Below, piece after piece: positions 61,385-64,000 of a stretch of DNA of 64,000 nucleotides. Below the pieces are notes generated by a model that was not told where the DNA came from, did not search any database, and saw only the letters and a program-made list of their open reading frames with translations. Position 1 is the first letter of the stretch, and every line of letters begins with the position of its first letter. The position numbers and the translations under genes were made by a program. Where the stretch lies: assembly GCA_965203515.1 (NCBI GenBank), contig OZ241907.1, positions 768,001 through 832,000 of the forward strand. Direction: 5' to 3'. Origin of the DNA: Spirochaetia bacterium. GTDB taxonomy: Bacteria > Spirochaetota > Spirochaetia > SZUA-6 > Bin103.

Positions 61385-62066
61385 CTTCGGGGCTCCGGTC
61401 GAGGTCCGCGGCGGGTCCCTGCCAGCGTACCCGGCCCTTGCCGAGCACGTAGACGCGGTCCGCCAGGCCGACGGCGAACGGGTAGCGCTGCTCCACCAGC
61501 AGCATCGTCATGCCGGCCGCCCGCAGGGCGTGGAGGATCGCGGCGATGCGCTCCACCACGATCGGCGCCAGCCCTTCGGTCGGTTCGTCCAGGATCAGCA
61601 GACGCGGCGCAAAGGAGAGGGCGCGCGCGATGGCCAGCATCTGCTGCTCGCCGCCGCTCAGCTCGTCGCCGCGGTTGCGGCGCCGCTCCGCCAGCAGGGG
61701 AAACCGCTCGTACAGCGCCTCGACCGGTACGGGATGGCCGGCGCCCCGTCTGCGGTTGAGACGCAGATGCTCGTCGACCGTGAGCGAGGCGAAGATGCCG
61801 CGGTCTTCCGGGACGTAGGCGATGCCGCGCCGCGCGATCCGGTGCGTCGGAAGGCGCTCGATGGCCGCTCCGTCGAAACGGATGCGTCCGCGCGCGGCGG
61901 CGACGATCCCCATGATCGCCTTCAGCGTCGTGGACTTGCCGGCGCCGTTGCGTCCGAGCAGCGCGATCACCGTACCGTCACCCACCTCCAGCGACACGCC
62001 CTGCAGGACGCGGCTGCGGCCGTAACAGGCGTCGACCGCCTCCACCTGCAGCAGAGCGCCCGGCAT
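61359..62066 (-). CDS. livF: Branched-chain amino acid-type ABC ATPase
   Basis: GRNGAGKS, YVPEDR, LSGGEQQMLAIAR, LDEPTEGLAP. Confidence 0.9.
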   Translation of the reverse strand: MPGALLQVEAVDACYGRSRVLQGVSLEVGDGTVIALLGRNGAGKSTTLKAIMGIVAAARGRIRFDGAAIERLPTHRIARRGIAYVPEDRGIFASLTVDEHLRLNRRRGAGHPVPVEALYERFPLLAERRRNRGDELSGGEQQMLAIARALSFAPRLLILDEPTEGLAPIVVERIAAILHALRAAGMTMLLVEQRYPFAVGLADRVYVLGKGRVRWQGPAADLDRSPEVRSTWLGV

Positions 62067-62073
62067 CAGTCGG

Positions 62074-62826
<753 letters not shown>

Positions 62827-62879
62827 GTCCTGCTCCTCCCATCGCCGGCGCCGCGGTCGGGGTGGCCGGCGCGCGCCCG

Positions 62880-63890
62880 TCACCTCCGGCTCCTCCGGCC
62901 CGCCAGCTTCGCGGCCGCCCGCTCGATCACCCAGGTCAGGCGTCCGTACAGGCCGTCCCGCGTCGCCAGCACCACGGCCACGAAGAACAGTCCCATGACG
63001 AGCTGCCAGTGATCGGCCATCGCCGCCGGCAGCGACAGGCCCGTCCAGAACGATCCGTCGGTCAGCCGGTTGCGGAGGATCACGAACAGCGCGGCGCCGC
63101 CGGCGGCGCCGATCAGACTGCCGCTGCCGCCGAGGATGACGATGATCAGCGCCTCGCCCGACAGCGTCCAGAAGGCGAGATCGGGCGACACGAAACCGGT
63201 GTGTTGCGCGGTCAGAGCGCCGGCCAGACCGGCCACCGCGCCCGCCGCGGCAAACGCGGCCAGCTTGTAGCGCCGTACCGGACATCCCAGCGAGGCGAGG
63301 CGGCCGGCGTTCCGGTGGATGGCGGCGAGCATCATTCCGAACGGTGAGCGGCGGAGGAGCAGCAGCCCCAGATAGACCAGCGCCGCCGCCGCCAGGGCGA
63401 CGGCGGCGAACACGCCCGGATCGCCGCTGTCGAGGCCCAACGGGGTCAGATCGAAGCGCGGGGTGCCGGCCATGCCATTGTCGCCGCCGAACGCCCGCGC
63501 CTTGAAGAACCAGGCATGGAGCATCTGCCCGATCGCCAAGGTGATCATGATGAAGAACACGCCGGTGAGCCGCACCGCGAAGATACCGGCGACGGTGGCG
63601 ACCGCCGCCGCCGTCGCCACCGACAAGGCGATCCCGGAGGCCGGCGGCCAGCCCCAGAGCACCGTGGCGGCGGCGGTGGCGTAGGCGCCGATCGCCAGGA
63701 AGCCGGCGTGCCCCAGCGAGACCATGCCGGCCACTCCGACCAGGAGATCGAGGCTCATGGCGAAGATCGCCAGGATCGCGATCTCGGCCAGCAGCTCCAT
63801 GCCGAAGTGGTCGGCGCCGAACCAGGCGGCGGCGGCGGCGGCGGCGAGCAGCGCCGCCGCCGGCAGCTGCAGGGGATCGCGGGAGCGCAT
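62880..63890 (-). CDS. livM: Branched-chain amino acid-type ABC permease
   Basis: SLGHAGFLAIGAY, FIMITLA, SPFG, ILGGSG. Confidence 0.88.
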   Translation of the reverse strand: MRSRDPLQLPAAALLAAAAAAAWFGADHFGMELLAEIAILAIFAMSLDLLVGVAGMVSLGHAGFLAIGAYATAAATVLWGWPPASGIALSVATAAAVATVAGIFAVRLTGVFFIMITLAIGQMLHAWFFKARAFGGDNGMAGTPRFDLTPLGLDSGDPGVFAAVALAAAALVYLGLLLLRRSPFGMMLAAIHRNAGRLASLGCPVRRYKLAAFAAAGAVAGLAGALTAQHTGFVSPDLAFWTLSGEALIIVILGGSGSLIGAAGGAALFVILRNRLTDGSFWTGLSLPAAMADHWQLVMGLFFVAVVLATRDGLYGRLTWVIERAAAKLAGRRSRR

Positions 63891-64000
63891 CACCGGCCGC
63901 CGCGAAGCGGCAGCAGGCCGGCCGGCTTGATGAGCAGGATGGCCGCCATCAGCGCGTAGATCGTCACCCGCGCCAGCTCCGGCACCACCACCTGACCGTA
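63890..64000 (-). CDS. livH: Branched-chain amino acid-type ABC permease, C-terminus only
   Basis: ...IYALMAAILLIKPAGL... ending in a TGATG overlap with livM. Confidence 0.7.
   Translation of the reverse strand, partial: YGQVVVPELARVTIYALMAAILLIKPAGLLPLRGGR

Overview
High-GC bacterial chromosomal window. The core is a near-complete purine salvage/catabolism locus in two convergent blocks: a plus-strand ABC transporter-BMP-uraD-guaD-ade-uricase-uraH operon (22.5-32.3 kb) and minus-strand xdhC / xdhA-xdhB (49.1-57.8 kb). Between them is a ~17 kb defence-like island. It holds an AlbA/HATPase gene broken by an intact IS66, a dual-OB + DUF488 pair, a 2005-aa STAND-like NTPase with a coupled 368-aa partner, a degenerate second copy of the uraH 3' end, and a Zn-ribbon methyltransferase + endonuclease pair translationally coupled to xdhB. 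Other accessory loci are a coupled HEPN / KGGVGR-ParA-like / P-loop ATPase triad (6.7-10.0 kb), a poly-G-frameshifted lipoprotein with 12 GSGY repeats (53-55 kb), Uma2 and DUF4143-type genes, and an ABC-ATPase + TOPRIM-like pair (59.4-61.4 kb). The rest is metabolic: cysteine desulfurase, amidohydrolase, aldo/keto reductase, class III aminotransferase, Hsp20 with a sigma54-type promoter, an Aco/Pdh-like E1a/E1b/E2 cluster, enolase-superfamily enzymes, sodC and a liv-type transporter. All family calls come from reading motifs by eye; no database search was run.
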